A stretch of 64,000 nt of DNA from the human T2T-CHM13v2.0 reference genome, Homo sapiens (GCF_009914755.1 NC_060929.1), one strand, 5' to 3'. Counted from the first letter of the stretch, positions 1 through 17,585 are shown. Made by a program: numbers and translations. The notes: generated from the letters alone by a model not told the origin.

Positions 1-110
1 TGCCAACAAATTAAATTACAAATGAAATGGACAAATTCTTAGAAAGACACAAACTACAAAAACTGACTCAAGTAGAAATAGAAAATCTAAATAGGTATTT
101 AAAAAAGATT
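1..110 (+). mobile_element. Old L1 (L1M-type) ORF2 fragment, left part of the element interrupted by the L1PB1
   Basis: Translates MDKFLERHKLQKLTQVEIENLNR (L1 ORF2). The ORF2 sequence resumes at ~5995 (ACAAAGAAATTGAATTTG...AAGCCCAGACAGCTTCACTGGTGAA). Confidence 0.85.
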
Positions 111-573
111 ATTAAACTGAGAGCTGAAGACAGGGCAGCAAAACTGCAGGGGCCACCACCACCACCACCACATGTCAGGAAGAGTACGGAGAGGCCCTGG
201 AGGGGCATAACGACTGCAGGAATAAATTAGGAGAGCCAAGAGAACCCACAGACCCTCTGAAGGAAGTGGATTGCTCCTGCAGGACCTGGGAGACACCCCA
301 AATACTGTGCTGGTATCTGTGGCTGAGAAACCCACAGATGGTTTGCATCACAGGACTCTGTACAGACAACCCCCAGTACCAGCCTGGAACCTGGTAGACA
401 TCCTGGGTGGCTAGATCCAGAAGAGAGATAACAATCACTACAGCTCGGCTCTCAGGAAGCCACATCCCGAGGAAAAGGGGGAGAGTAATACATCAAGGGA
501 ACACCCCATGGGACAAAAGAATCTGAACAACAGCCTCGAGCCCTAGGCCTTCCATCTGACAGACACTACACAA

Positions 574-1593
574 ATGAGGAGGAACCAGAAACCCAACTCT
601 AGTAATATGACAAAACAAGGTTCCTTAATACCCCCCAAAAAATCACACTAGGTCACCAGCAATGGATGCAAACCAAGAAGAAATCCCTGTTTCACCTGAA
701 AAAGAATTCAGAAGGTTAGTTATTAAGCTAATCAGGAAGGCACCAGTGAAAGGCAAAGTCCAACTTAAGGAAATCAAAAAAATGATACAACAGGTGAAGG
801 GAGAGATTTTCAATGAAATAGATAGCATAAATAAAAAACAATCAAAACTTCAGGAAACAATGGACACAGTTATAGAAATGCAAAAGGCTCTGGAAACTCT
901 CAGCAATAGAATTGAACACGCTGAAGAAAGAACTTCAGAGCTCAAAGACAAGGTTTTAGAATGAACCCAATCCAAAAAAGACAAAGGAAAAATTATAAGA
1001 AAATATGAACAAAGCCTCCAATAAGTCTGGGATTATATTAAATGGCCAAACCTAAGAATAATTGGCATTCCTGAGGAAGAAGAGAAATCTAAAAGTTTGG
1101 AAAACATATTCGGGGGAATAATCAAGGAAAACTCCCCCAGCCTTGCTAGAGCCCTAGACATCCAAATACAAGAGGCTCAAAGAACACCTGGGAAATTCAT
1201 TGCAAAAAGATCATTACTTAGACACATTGTCATCAGGTTATCTAAAGTTAAGATGAAGGAAAGAATCTTAAGAGCTGTGAGGCAAAAGCACCAGGTAATC
1301 TATAAAGGGAAACCTATCAGATTAACAGCAGATTTCTCAGCCAAAACCCTACAAGCTAGAAGGGATTGGGGCCCTATCTTCAGCCTCCTTAAACAAAACA
1401 ATTATCAGCCAAGAATTTTGTAGCCAGTGAAACTAAGCTTTATAAATGAAGGAAAGATACAGTCTTTTTCAGATAAACAAATGCTGAGAGAATTCACCAC
1501 TACCAAGTCAGCACTACAAGAACTACTAAAAGGAGCTCTAAACCTTCAATCAAATCCTGGAAACACATCAAAACAGAACGTCTTTAAGGCATA
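574..1593 (+). pseudogene. Disrupted L1 ORF1p
   Basis: Fragments EKEFRRLVIKLI..., RHIVIRLSKVKMKERILRAVRQK...GKPIRLTADFS are broken by stops and frameshifts. Confidence 0.9.
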
Positions 1594-1668
1594 AATCTCA
1601 CAGAAACTATAAAACAAAAATACAATTAAGACAACAACAAAAAACAAGGTATACGGACAACAAATAGC

Positions 1669-5600
<3,932 letters not shown>

Positions 5601-5993
5601 ATATATATATAAATGGAATACTACTCAGCCAAAAAAAGGAATGAATTAGTGGCATTCACAGCAACCTGGATGAGATTGGAGACTATTATTCTAAGTGAAG
5701 TAACTCAGCAATGGAAAATCAATCATCATATGTTCTCATTCATAAGTGGGAGCTAAACTATGAGGATGCAAAGGCATAAGAGTGACACAGTGGACTTTGG
5801 GGACTCAGGGGGAGAGGGTGGGGAGTGGATGAGGGATAAAAGACCACAAATATGGTGCAGTATATACTGCTCGGGTGATGGGTGCACCAAAATCTCACAA
5901 ATCACCACCAAAGGACTCACTCATGTAACAAAACATCACCTGTTCCCCAATAACCTATGAAAATAAAAAAAATAAAAATAAAATTTTAAAACT

Positions 5994-7370
5994 ACCAAAT
6001 AACAAAGAAATTGAATTTGTCATTTTAAAACTTCCCACAAAGAACAGCTTAAGCCCAGACAGCTTCACTGGTGAATTATACAGAATATTTAAATTAAAGA
6101 ATTAATGTCAATTCTTCACAAAGTCTTCTAAAATGTAGAAGAAGAGGGGACATTTTCCATTTCATTTTGTGAGGCCACTATTATCCCATTACCAAACCAT
6201 ACAAAGCCACTACAAAGAAAACTACAGACCAATACTGCTTATGAATATAAACATAAAAATCCTCAACAAAATACTAGTAAACTGAATCCAGCAGTCTGTT
6301 AAAAAGACTAACACCATGACCAAATAGGATTTATCAAAGGAATGCAAAGTTGGTTTAACATTTGAAAATTAATTAATATAATACATAATTCAATAGAAAA
6401 GAGAAAAAAACACATGATCATCTTATTAGACACAGAAAAATCATTTAACAAAATCCAAACTGACGTCATGATAAAAACACTCAACAAACTAGAAATAGAG
6501 TGGAACTTTCTCAATGTGATAAAGGACATCTACCAAAAATCCACAGCTAATATGATAAATAATGGTAAAAGACTGAATGTTTTTCCTCTAAGATCAGGAA
6601 AAATACAAGGATGTCTGCTCTCAGCACTTTTATTAAATATTGTACTGGAACTTCTAGCCAGAACAATTAGGCAAGGAAATGAAATAAAATGAACTCAAAT
6701 TGGAAAGGAAGAAATAAAACTATTTCCGGATGATACCACCTTATATAGAGACAATCCTAAATAATCCATTATTAGAATTATCAGAACTAATTAACAAGAT
6801 CAGCAAGGTTACAGGATATAAAATTAAAATTCCTATACACTAGTAATGAATAATCCAAAAATAAAATTCAAAAAACAATCCCACTTAACAATAGCATCAA
6901 GAAAATAAAATCCTTATGAATAAATTTAACAGAAGTCTAAAACTTATATATACTCTAAACACGACAAAATATCATTGAAATAAATTAAAGATGGAAATAA
7001 ATGCAAAGACATCCATGTTCATGATCAGAAGACTTATATTGTTAAGATGGCAATACTTAATATTATAAAGTGATTTACAAATTGATTTATAGGTTCAAAG
7101 TGATTCGATGCAATCTCTGTCAAAGTTTCATAGCATTTTTTGCAGTTATTTATACTGCAAAGTGATTTACAGATTTAATGCAACCCGTGTCAAAATCCCA
7201 TGGCCATTTTTGCAGAAATGGAAAAGCTATTGCTGGAATTCATATGGATTGCAAGTGACCCCAAATAGCCAAAACAATCCTGATAAAGAACAAAGCTAGA
7301 CAAAGTCCATCTTGCACTTCCTGATTTCGAATCTTACTTCAAAGCTATGGCAGTGAAAACATTGAACTGA
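5994..7370 (+). mobile_element. Old L1M ORF2 fragment (continuation of 1-110)
   Basis: LDTEKSFNKIQ...IKTLNKL...FPLRSGKIQGCLLS RT-region homology, much more decayed than the L1PB1; small internal duplication at ~7065-7215. Confidence 0.88.
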
Positions 7371-7379
7371 GTACGGTAA

Positions 7380-7535
7380 TATTTATCATCTCAAAACCTC
7401 ACAACAATGCAGTCAAGTGGAACCACTGTCTCAGTATTTCAGATGCAGAGCCCAGGCTCAAAGAAATATGGGGAATTGCTTGAGGTCAGAGAGCTGGGTA
7501 ACCACAAATGCGGGTCCACATTCAGATCTGCCCTA
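7380..7535 (-). mobile_element. MIR fragment
   Basis: Degenerate CTCACAACAA...TTTCAGATGCAGAGCCCAGGCTC...TTGCTTGAGGTCA core. Confidence 0.6.
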
Positions 7536-8462
7536 AGTATAAAGACATTGCATCCTCTCAGCCACTACCTACACCACTCTTGAGTTTCTTCGACACAGGA
7601 CCTGTGAACAGACAGCCCAAGACGCTTGGGAATCATGGAATTCTAACCCCCAAAGCCTGGCTTAGGGACCTCATCCAGCGACCAGACAGGGCGTGTTGTG
7701 CCTCATCCACATTTCTGAAAGTGTCCACTCAGTGGACAGCCTGCTTTCTAGTCTCTGCCCTACTGGCTTGAGTGTGGATGCCCAGACGGTTAGGAGGCAA
7801 GCTCCAGAGCTCCCATATGATCACTTCCACTGTCACCTGTGTGCCACAAGTGCTCTCTGTACACATGCTCCACCTGTTCTGATGATCTTTCAGTCTTTCA
7901 ACTTCCAAGCCATGTGAGGGATCCTTCAGGAACATGAGCACTGGGACATGCTGGACGCTGGAGAGAGATGCAGACACCCAGAGCTGGCTGAGCTAACATG
8001 CTACAGTTTGTGAGGAGGAGACACAAAATTTCATACAGATGATAAAATTTTTCTGTACAACAAACCTTTGCTATAGATCCTACAATATATCCATTATTCT
8101 CACTAGAATGTGAACATGATTCTGCAAATTCCTAGGGAGAAAACCCAGCCTGCCCCTTATCAGAGGCTATAAACCACCTGTTTTTCTTTCCATCCTCCTT
8201 CCCTTGCTTCCCTCTCACACATCAGTCCTTTAGAGAAAACTGAGCTTTTCCAAGCTGTTATTGCTCAAAGAAATGTCTTCATCCAAGGGAACCAAGGGAT
8301 GTGAAGGGCACTGGCCTCCGAAGCATTTGCCATTGTCAACTTTTATTGAGCACCTACTATGTACCAAGTACTGTGCTAGGTTCTGACGACACTGAAGAAA
8401 CAAAAAAATAGATACTTCCTAACCTCAAGGGACAGTCCACTGGTGGAGTCAGACCTTCATCA

Positions 8463-8520
8463 CGCACACACACAAACACAAAGAGAGAGACAGAAAGAGA
8501 GAGAGAGAGAGTGAGAGAGA
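8463..8520. repeat. Compound (CA)n(GA)n microsatellite
   Basis: Directly visible. Confidence 0.9.
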
Positions 8521-9388
8521 AATACATGTATTCAGATACTGCTCTGAACCTTATCTGGGTCCGGAGGGCAGAGAAGGCTTCTTGAACTAGGACCTAAGAA
8601 ATGGGAAGAAATTTGCTATTTAAGCAGGTGTTGGGGGAAGGTCCTCAGAAGAACATTCTAGAACAAGTGCAAGGTCCCAAGAGGGAGGGAGATGGTCCAT
8701 TCCTGCAACTGAAAGAAGACCAATGTTTCTGAACCACATGGAGCAGGAGGAAGCAGCAGGAGAATCCAACAGGGGGAGGGTCAGAAAGCCCATGTTTGTA
8801 ACTAACCGGAACGATGAATGTGGTTTGGAAGACAAGTGAGAGGATGTGTACCACGGGCCAGATGTGGGAGACCAAGGAGGGGACTAGTGCATTTTTCCAG
8901 TAAAGAAATAATAGTGCTTGGGGCTAGGGAGGCTCAAATTGAGAAGAAGACAAGTGGGGAGGTTTAAGAGAGATTTCTAAATTAAAATGTACAGGGAATA
9001 GTGACAGATGATGCATGGGGTAGAGAGAGAGAAGGCAATGTCAAGAGTGACTCCCAAATCTGGCTTGCAAACAGAATGAACGGTGGTGTCATTCACTGAG
9101 AAAGGACACCCAAGAGGAGGATGTGATTAGCAGGGGAGAGAGCAGGAGTTCAAGCTGATATGTAGATCCACATTAATATGTCTAGTCAGAATGTGGATAC
9201 GTAGGTTTGGGGCTTAGAAGAAAGGTCTGGGGTGAAGATCTAACCCTAGCAGTCATCTGCAAAGAGATGGTAATAAAATAAATACAATTTTTAAATGGAT
9301 GGAATTTCCAGGGAAAAAGCAGAGGGTGAAATGAGTAAAGGATCTAGGGCCAAGGCTAAAAGAAATCCATTATTAGAAACAGAAAAGG

Positions 9389-9737
9389 TGTCTTAGTGCA
9401 TTCAGGCTGCTATAACAAAGTACCATAGCCTGAGTGGCTTATAAACCACAGAAATTCATTTCTCACAGTTCTGGAGGCTGGGAAGTCTAGGATCAAGGTG
9501 CAAGTGAGAGTCTGCCTTCTGGCTCATAGATGCTGCCTTCTGGCTATGTTCTCACATGGTAGAGGATGTACGGAAGCTCTCTGCGACTTCATTTATGAGG
9601 ACGCTAATCCCATTCATGAAGACTCCACCCTCATGACTTAATCACCTCCCCAAATCCCCACCTCCTAGTACCATCACCTTGAGGGTTAAGATTTCAGTAT
9701 ATGAACTTTAGGGGTCACAAGTATTCAGTCTATAGCA
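9389..9737 (-). mobile_element. MaLR solo LTR (MLT1A-like)
   Basis: TGTCTTAGTGCATTCAGGCTGCTATAACAAAGTACCATAG...ATTCAGTCTATAGCA, with TG...CA ends. Confidence 0.85.
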
Positions 9738-10210
9738 GGAGGAATAGCCAAGAAGGATGAATGAAAATCATACAAGGATGATTTCATGGAAGGCAAGGGA
9801 GTACAATGTCTCAAATAAACCAAGTCCTGAGTCAAACATTACTGAGAATGTGAGTGTAATAAAACCGAGACTCAAAAGTAGGCATTGGATGTGATGACAT
9901 GACTATCACTGGTTACCTTAGGGAGAGAAGTTTTGGCGGAGTTGACAAGCACAGTCAGATGGAATGTGCTGGCGGATGGCAAAGATGGGGAAATGAAGAT
10001 ACCCAGTGTAGACAGCTTCTGAAAGCAGCTGGCCGTGAGTCAGAGGTAGACAGGAAAGTGACTAATACAGTGCAGAGGTCGACGTTTTTAGCTTTATTGT
10101 ATTTAAGAGAGAGACCTGAGCACATTTAAAATGCTGATGTGACATTGTCCAAGCTGAGAGGAAACAATTAGATCTATATGAGAGAAAAGAATGATGAATA
10201 TCAGGCAAGT

Positions 10211-10248
10211 ATGGCAAAGACCACCATTACTTTTGCACCAACCCAATA
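10211..10248. mobile_element. MADE1 (Hsmar1 MITE) half element
   Basis: ATGGCAAAGACCACCATTACTTTTGCACCAACCCAATA matches the Hsmar1/MADE1 terminal inverted repeat. Confidence 0.8.
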
Positions 10249-10478
10249 AGAAAGTTGGAGGATCTTCACAAAACAAAGGTGGTTTTGGCCTGAGTGGGGA
10301 GGAGGAACAGCTTCTTTACTACCAGTGGAAAGAAGGAGAGGCTGGTGCAGGGGCAGGGAGGTAGCAGGGAGCAGAGGGAGGCCCCATCCACGCTCAGGTT
10401 CTTAGAATGAGGAAGATGACATTGGCAGGACCATAGGTGAGCATCTTCTAACCCAAGGAAGATTTAGAACTAAGTATA

Positions 10479-10852
<374 letters not shown>

Positions 10853-11441
10853 CTATGTTTACACACTTGTAATGTTTAAGAATCTGTGGCCTTTCAGAGT
10901 CATATATGAACTTTTCCTTCTAATATAAAATGTTTAACGGAGCAATTGACTTTGACATCAGATTCTAAGTTGAAATCTTACTGTATTTAAATAAGATTTG
11001 GAACCTGTAAAAGAATTTAAGCCTTGCCGTCTTTAGAAGTTTAATGAATTAGATTTATAACAATTACTTAAATATCTGAGAAGGTTTGTTAGACAATTGA
11101 AGTACTTAAAAAGGAATTAAAATATATTAAGCCTATAAATGCAGTTTACAATGTTTAGAGCAATTTAATTAAAAACATTTGTAAATGAGACGAAACATTT
11201 CTCAAAGGTACTCTTAAATGTGATTGTTAAAATTTGCTAGACCTATAAATAAATAATAAGATTCGTAAGCTGAATTTCAAAGCTTATGGAGGAACTTGGG
11301 TCCATATGAATTTGTTACTTTAATAAATTGAATGTTAATTTTGAAAAACAAAGAAACCTTTCATCAATATTTTTGGCGCCTAAGAGCTGCTCTTGAGGGC
11401 ATCTAATTAATAGTTTTTTTATTATTTAAAAAATATCATTA

Positions 11442-11727
11442 GGCCAGGTGCAGTGGCTCTCTCCTGTAATCTCAGCACTTTGGGAGGCCGAGGTGGGTGG
11501 ATAGCTTGAGCCCAGGAGTTTGAGGCCAGCCTGGGCAACATGGAGAAACCTTATCTCTACTAAAAAAAAAACCACACAAAAATTAGCTGGATGTGGTGGC
11601 ACACCGCTACTTAGGAGACTGAGATGGGAGGATCACCTGAGCCCAGGAGGTGGAGGGTGCAGTGAGCCGAGATCGCGCCCCTACCCTCCAGCCTGGAAGA
11701 CACAGTGAGACCCTGTCTCAAACAAAA
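11442..11727 (+). mobile_element. Alu (AluJ-like)
   Basis: GCTTGAGCCCAGGAGTTTGAGGCCAGCCTGGGCAACA diagnostics. Confidence 0.92.
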
Positions 11728-11955
11728 TTTTTTTAATGGCTATAATGAAAAAAAAAAATCAACCAGTATGTAAGGAAAAAGCTGAAGCCCTTTGCCCCAT
11801 TTCCCAGAGGTAACCATCATTACAAGTTCCTTGTGTTTCTGCCCAGAAATGTTATTTGCATAAGCATAGAATCTCTCCCCAGCCCCATTTTTAAACAAAG
11901 AGATATATTCTGCATCTAACATTCTGTACTGCTTTTGTGCTTAACAAGATAACTT

Positions 11956-12262
11956 GAGCCGGGTGTGGTGGTTCATGCCTGTAATCCTCAAGCTTTGGGA
12001 GCTGAGACAAGAGGATTCCTTGAGGCCAGAAGTTCAAGATCAGCCTGGGCAACATAGTGAGACCCGATCTGCAAAAAAACATGTAAAATTAGCTGAGCAT
12101 GGTGGTGTACACCTGTAGTCCCAGCTATTTAGGAGGATGAAGCAGGAGGATCACTTGAGCCCAGGAATTCAAGGCTATAGTGAACCATGATCACGCCCTG
12201 CACTCCTGCCTGGGCAACAGAGGGAGACCCTGCCTCAAAACAAACAAACAAACAAAAAACAA
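11956..12262 (+). mobile_element. Alu (AluJ-like) with (AAAC)n tail
   Basis: Dimeric Alu; degenerate TSD AACAAGATAACTT / AACAATATATCTT. Confidence 0.92.
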
Positions 12263-12399
12263 TATATCTTAAAAACATGTTCATGTTTCCCATAAGAATA
12301 AAGATTAACATCCCTCTCTCCCTTCCTCATCGCCTTTGGGGTGTGGCCTCATGCCTCCCCTCTGGGTTGTGCCCAAACTTCTCTCAAGAGTGGATCCTC

Positions 12400-13270
12400 T
12401 CACTGTCTCTACTTCCTGCCTCCCCAGCTACTGACTGTACCAAGACTGTGCTTTCTGAGGGCACCAATGCCCTCCACCTTACCAAACCCGCTAGAGGCTT
12501 CTCAGTTCTCATATCTCTTACTCTCCGGCTTTCAACACGTGAGCCATCTTTTCCTTGCTGCATTGCAAAGCCACCTTTATCTAGCAATGAATTCCCATTT
12601 GTATCTGGGTCTATTTCTGGCCTTTCCATTCTCTTCCATTGATCTCTCTGTCCTTGGGTGCAAGTTTTCTGATGACCTGACTTGATTCATGGATAAAACC
12701 TATACTCTTGCAGAATGAATGTCCTTCACTCAATCCTCCATAAATAACAATTCTTTCAATAGAGCTTTTCTCTCTTTCTTAATAAGAGATAGGGACAGCA
12801 GAGGTTCACGTATTTCCTGGCAAGGCCCAGAATGCCGTTATTCTTGATTGAGGGCAGAGTTATCAGCCAGGCAGATAGTGGAATTGATATCCCTGTGTGA
12901 AAATGGAAGAGCCAATCTGAGCTGTCGCCCCATTCCTACAGAACTAGCTGCCCGTCTTTGAATTCCCAGTGCTCATTCAGGCCTCTGCACTTTCACTTGA
13001 GCACATCTGGCCCCCACTTTCTCCTTTCCTCCTCTCTTCTACTAAATAGTAAAAGAGCTCTTCTTCACATCTCAGCTCAGGTGTCCCCTTGCCCAGGAAA
13101 CCTTTCCTGAGGCTCCTCCCTATGCCCCACATTAGCCACTCTGGGCTTCCCTCTGCCCCAGCCCTTAACACAACAGAATCAACATGCCTGTAACAGAATT
13201 GCCCTATGCCCCCTCTCCCCTAGACCACCGTGAGCTCCCCAAGGGCAGGACCTGTCTCTCAGCAGACTTT
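12400..13270. mobile_element. Mixed L2 (+) and L1M (-) fossils
   Basis: L2-like CACCAATGCCCTCC and CAGCTCAGGTGTCCCTTGCCCAGGAAACCTTTCCTGA; L1-like GGGTCTATTTCTGG...TTCCATTGATCT. Confidence 0.5.
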
Positions 13271-13276
13271 TACTCT

Positions 13277-14048
13277 TGTTACCGAACTGATCTTGGGTCT
13301 GCCCACCCGGCACAGTGCAGCCAAACACTGATATTGGGATTGCAGCCAGAGAAAGTGAGGCATTTATTGCAGGGCGCCAAGCAAGCAGAATTGGGCAGCT
13401 CATGCTTAAGATCAGAACTCCCTGATGGCTTACAGGTAAGGGTTTTTAAAGGTAGAGGGGGAGAGGTTACAGGCAAAATCATAAATTAATACATGGAGAC
13501 TATGTGTTGGTTTGGCCTAAAAAGGCAAAGCATCTTGAAGCGGAAGTTTGGGAGTGTGGCAAGTGAAAGGTGGATTCAAAGATTTTTCAGTGTTGTGATG
13601 GGTTAAGGAGGTGAAGTTTTGTCTAAAATTTTGGTGTAGGCAGAAAAGAACGTTAGCTCTTGCCCGTGGGCATGATCTCTTCCAGGTCCCTCAGCAAGAA
13701 ACTTAGGAGAAAGCATGGTGGTTGGAGTTCGGTCCTCAGCTTCCCCTTATCCAAGGTCTCTGTGCCTGCAGATGGCACTTTCCATTTGGTGGAGGTCTGG
13801 GTTTCTGAAACACAACTCAGGGACGTAGGTTGAGATGTTATCTTTAGTTTCTACAGGAAACCAAATATCCTATGACTCTAATTTCCTTGGCTATTGTCTT
13901 AAGCTACTATTACCTTCTTGCTTGTCAAGTTGCGCATTTACTTTTCAAGGCTTGCTACGTGCCTGGAATTTCTAGATTTTCCTTTATTTCCATGCTTGGG
14001 GAGAGGAGTGCCTGGCAGGCTCCTAAGAGGGGTCTGTGCTCCATCTCG
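13277..14048 (-). mobile_element. ERV solo LTR (MER4-group, LTR48-like)
   Basis: TGTTACCGAAC...GAGGCATTTATTGCAGGGCGCCAAGCAAG...CCTAAGAGGGGTC...CCATCTC; TTTATT is the polyA signal on the - strand. Family name tentative. Confidence 0.7.
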
Positions 14049-15265
14049 CCCCCTATCTTGAACTATCGGTTGGGTGCTCTAGAATCTGTATGGGGTGGAA
14101 GTGTTCATTCATTTTCTGTACAAAAGCAATCAATGCTTATTGTGGAAAACCCAAATAAGAGAGTTGCTCTAAACAACACCCTCCCCAGTCCCAATACCTT
14201 GTCCAGAAGAAACCACTGTTTGGTGAGTATATTAGTCAATGTCTGCAGACCAGATCGGATGACCAAGTTTTCCATAAATGGATGGCCATCCACTTCCCTT
14301 CAAGGGCGAGGGTAGTTTGTTCTGATCCATCTCCCTTTTCACAGCTCAGGGAGGGAGGAAGACCCAGGAAGGAGAGCTGCCACAGTTACTAGTGGCCCAG
14401 CTGGGATTTAAAGTCCGCCGTGACTGAAGCTTGGCTCCACATGCCAGTCTGCAAGGCCCTGAGTGCCCTCAGCAGTAATTCCAAGCAAAGCAGGGAAGCA
14501 GCGGGCCAGGTGCTGAACTGAACTGCTGCTCAGGGCTCCTGAGCCTCCCCCTGCCTCCTCCCTCTCTTCTCCACCCTGGGGCCTCTCTCTCTGTCCCTAC
14601 TTCCTCCTTTAGATCCTCTTTCCCCTGAACCCACTCATTTATCACCTTTTGATGAGTTCCACCAGGCAGACCATGTCAGGAAATTTCTTGGTGTTCATTT
14701 TAATAAAACTTAATTATTAAGACAGCCTCACAAGTCATGATACATTTACTGGTTCATTTTTCACATCTCCGTCAGAGGCCTCCTGGCAGCCACGTGGGAG
14801 GCATGAAGGCTATGGGGTGGAAGTGTCAGAGCCTTTTCTGGCCTCCTGCAGGAGCTGGGTTTGGGGAAGCAGTTCCTGACCCTTCCTCTGCCGGCCCACC
14901 CCCGTTATTCTCCAGACGCTGAGGATGGGATGGAATGAGCACCAAACATGGAGTCAGGAGACCTGGGACTCAATCCTCCTCCTGCTGCAGACTATGCTCA
15001 GACCCTGCTGAAGGAAGGCATCCTCTCTGGGCCTCAGCTGTCTCATGTACAAGATGGGAATCATCTCAGTCCAAACCAGACAGAGCCACTGTGAGATTCA
15101 GAAGAAAGCTCTCGCAATGAGAGGCCTCCCCAGGCAGATGGAGGCAAAACTGCAAGGGTGGATTGACGCTGGGGCGGCGCCTGCCCCACAGTCCTGTAGG
15201 TCCGCCCGCCTGGGTAAGGGATGGGGTGAAATTGGGGGTCTCTGATGATCACAGTAATAACTGAC

Positions 15266-16087
15266 TTTTTAAAAAATTTTATTTTTCCATAGGTTATTGG
15301 TGTACAGGTGGTGTTTGGTTACATGAGTAAGTTCTTTAGTGGTGATTTGTGAGATTTTGGTGCACCCATCACCCAAGCAGTATACACTGCACTCCATTTG
15401 CAATCTTTTATCCCTCGCCCCCCTCCCACCCTCCCCCCCAAGTCCCCAAAGTCCATTGTATCAGTTTTATGCCTTTGCGTCCTCATAGCTTAGCTCCCAC
15501 ACATCAGTGAGAACATACGACGTTTGGTTTTCCATTCCTGAGTTACTTCACTTAGAATAATAGTCTCCAATCTCATCCAGGTCACTACAAATGCTGATAA
15601 TTCATTCCTTTTTATAGCTGAGTAGTATTCCATTGTATCTACATATACCACAGTTTCTTTATCCACTCGTTGATTGATGGACATTTGGGTCGGTTCCACG
15701 ATTTTGCAATTGCGAATTGTGCTGCTATAAACATGTGTGTGCAAGTATCTTTTTCATATAAAGACTTCTTTTCCTCTGGGTAGATACCCAGTAGTGGGAT
15801 TGCTGGATCAAATGGTAGTTCTACCTCTAGTACTTTAAGGAATCTCCACACTGTTTTCCATCGTGGCTGTTCTAGCTGACATTCCAACGAGCAGTGTAGA
15901 AGTGTTCCCTGTTCACTGCATCCACACCTACATCTACTGTTTTTTGATTTTTTATTATGGCCATTCTTACAGGAGTGAGGTGGTGTCGCATTGTGGTTTT
16001 GATTTGCATTTCCCTTATCATTAGTGATGTTGAGCATTTTTTCATATGTTTCTTAGCCATTTGTATATCTTTTTCTGAGAATTGTTT
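15266..16087 (-). mobile_element. 5'-truncated L1PB1 (3' ~820 bp) inserted into a MIR
   Basis: Reverse-complement homology to 5170-5985; ORF2 C-terminus WKTVWRFLK...[15 protein letters not shown]; TSD ATAACTGAC / ATAATTGAC. Confidence 0.92.
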
Positions 16088-16089
16088 AT

Positions 16090-16345
16090 AATTGACATTT
16101 ATTAAGTGCTTTGCAGACGCTGTGCCAAGGATGTCATGTTGTCATATGTATTAGCTGGCTAAATCTCACAGTTGCTGTACTTGTTACTAATATTGTAAAA
16201 TGTGTACCAGTGTTATGCCCATTTTATAGTTGAGAAAACTGAGGCATAGGGAGGCAAAAGCAACGTGCCCGAAGTTACAAAGCCAGTCAATGGTGGAACC
16301 AGAATTAGAACTCTGGCCAACTCCAGAGTCTACCTTCTTACCAAT
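16090..16345 (-). mobile_element. MIR
   Basis: CCCATTTTATAGTTGAGAAAACTGAGGC core. Confidence 0.8.
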
Positions 16346-16808
16346 AAAGTCATCACCCCTGAGAAATCAGGGAGGGGCCAGGAGTTTTTAATAATCAAAG
16401 CAACCTCACACCGAAGTCTAAGGGAAAGCAGAGGTTCGGCTGAGCACCAGGGCCCCTGGCAGCTCAGCATGGGGGCCGTCAGTGACACCTGCACTCATGA
16501 TATCCCACACCTGTGGTCTTCCAAGGGGACAGACTGAACTCTTGCCACTTCATCCACAAAGCCCCCCTCTATTTCCTCCTTTCCCTCGACTGCACTTCCT
16601 TGATAACAGACCCAATTTTGTTCAGCAATTCACCCCCAGGGAAGCTGACCCACAAATCCCATGATGCCAACAGGGTCCCAGTATCTTTGCCAGTTCTCTG
16701 ACCCAGCCTCACACCAGGGTGTGGCATGAGCAACGAGACAGGGTAGTGTTGGTGCAGGTGACACAGGGCTAGGATATGGCACAGGAATTTAGAAAATAAT
16801 TAGACTGC

Positions 16809-17353
16809 GTTGGGCGTCAGGACACACCACTCCAAAATATGACTGTAGGCGACCAGGAATCTGCCACAGCAAAATCTACTTTGGCATTTTTCAAGCTAGT
16901 TATTATGAGAAACTGCAGACACAGGAGTAGCTCTGAAAAGCTGTCCTTTTGTAAAAGAAATTTACATCTATAAAGGAAATCCACATTAGTAAAACAATCT
17001 GTATCAGGAAGAGGGCTGCTCAGAGACAGCTTCTATTACCCGAGAGGCTTTTTATCTTTATAACGAGACAACCTTTACTTATCATACATTTCCTCCCCTT
17101 ACCCTCCAAGAACTCCACCATCTCCGAGAAACCCAAAGCACCCCTATTCCTTTCTGTAGCTCAGGATGCTACATTAGCTTCAATCATCTGGCCCTACTTT
17201 GAGTCTCATGTATTGTGGGAACCCCCGCCCCCCATACCTATGCAAGTAATTATAAATGTTTTTGCTTCTGCTAATCTGTCTTATGTAAATTTAATTTATA
17301 GCTCAGTCAAAGAACCTAGAAGTGTGGGGGTTAACCACCGTTCCCTCCCCTGC
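16809..17353 (+). mobile_element. MER34-family solo LTR
   Basis: CACCACTCCAAAATATGACTGTAGG...GAGAAACTGCAGACACAGGAGTAGCTCTGAAA...AAGAACCTAGAAG. Confidence 0.75.
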
Positions 17354-17585
17354 AAGAGGATTGGTCTATGAGAGAAGTCAGCTTCCATTTATCGAGCACC
17401 TAGTAAGCACCAGGCCCCAGACCTTAAGCTTTACATGTGTTATTTCTGATTCCCATAGACTCCTCTAGCTTCAGTGGTATTACTTGCATTTTGCTGATGA
17501 ATAAACGGAGGTTCAGAGAGGGTAAGTGACTTGTCCAAGGTCACACAACCAGGAAACAGCAATGCTGCGAGTGGAACCCAGGTGT

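Larger units (their letters stand above)
8335..10200 (-). mobile_element. L2 fragments interrupted by an STR and an MLT1 LTR
   Basis: Begins with the L2 3' end in reverse (TTATTGAGCACCTACTATGTACCAAGTACTGTGCTAGG), followed by a purine-rich L2 body. Confidence 0.65.

Noticed and set aside
14498-14518. Possible REST/RE1 site (GGTGCTGAA; similar half-sites near 48657 and 59030)
   Set aside because: Only one half-site matches; the correctly spaced GGACAG half is missing.
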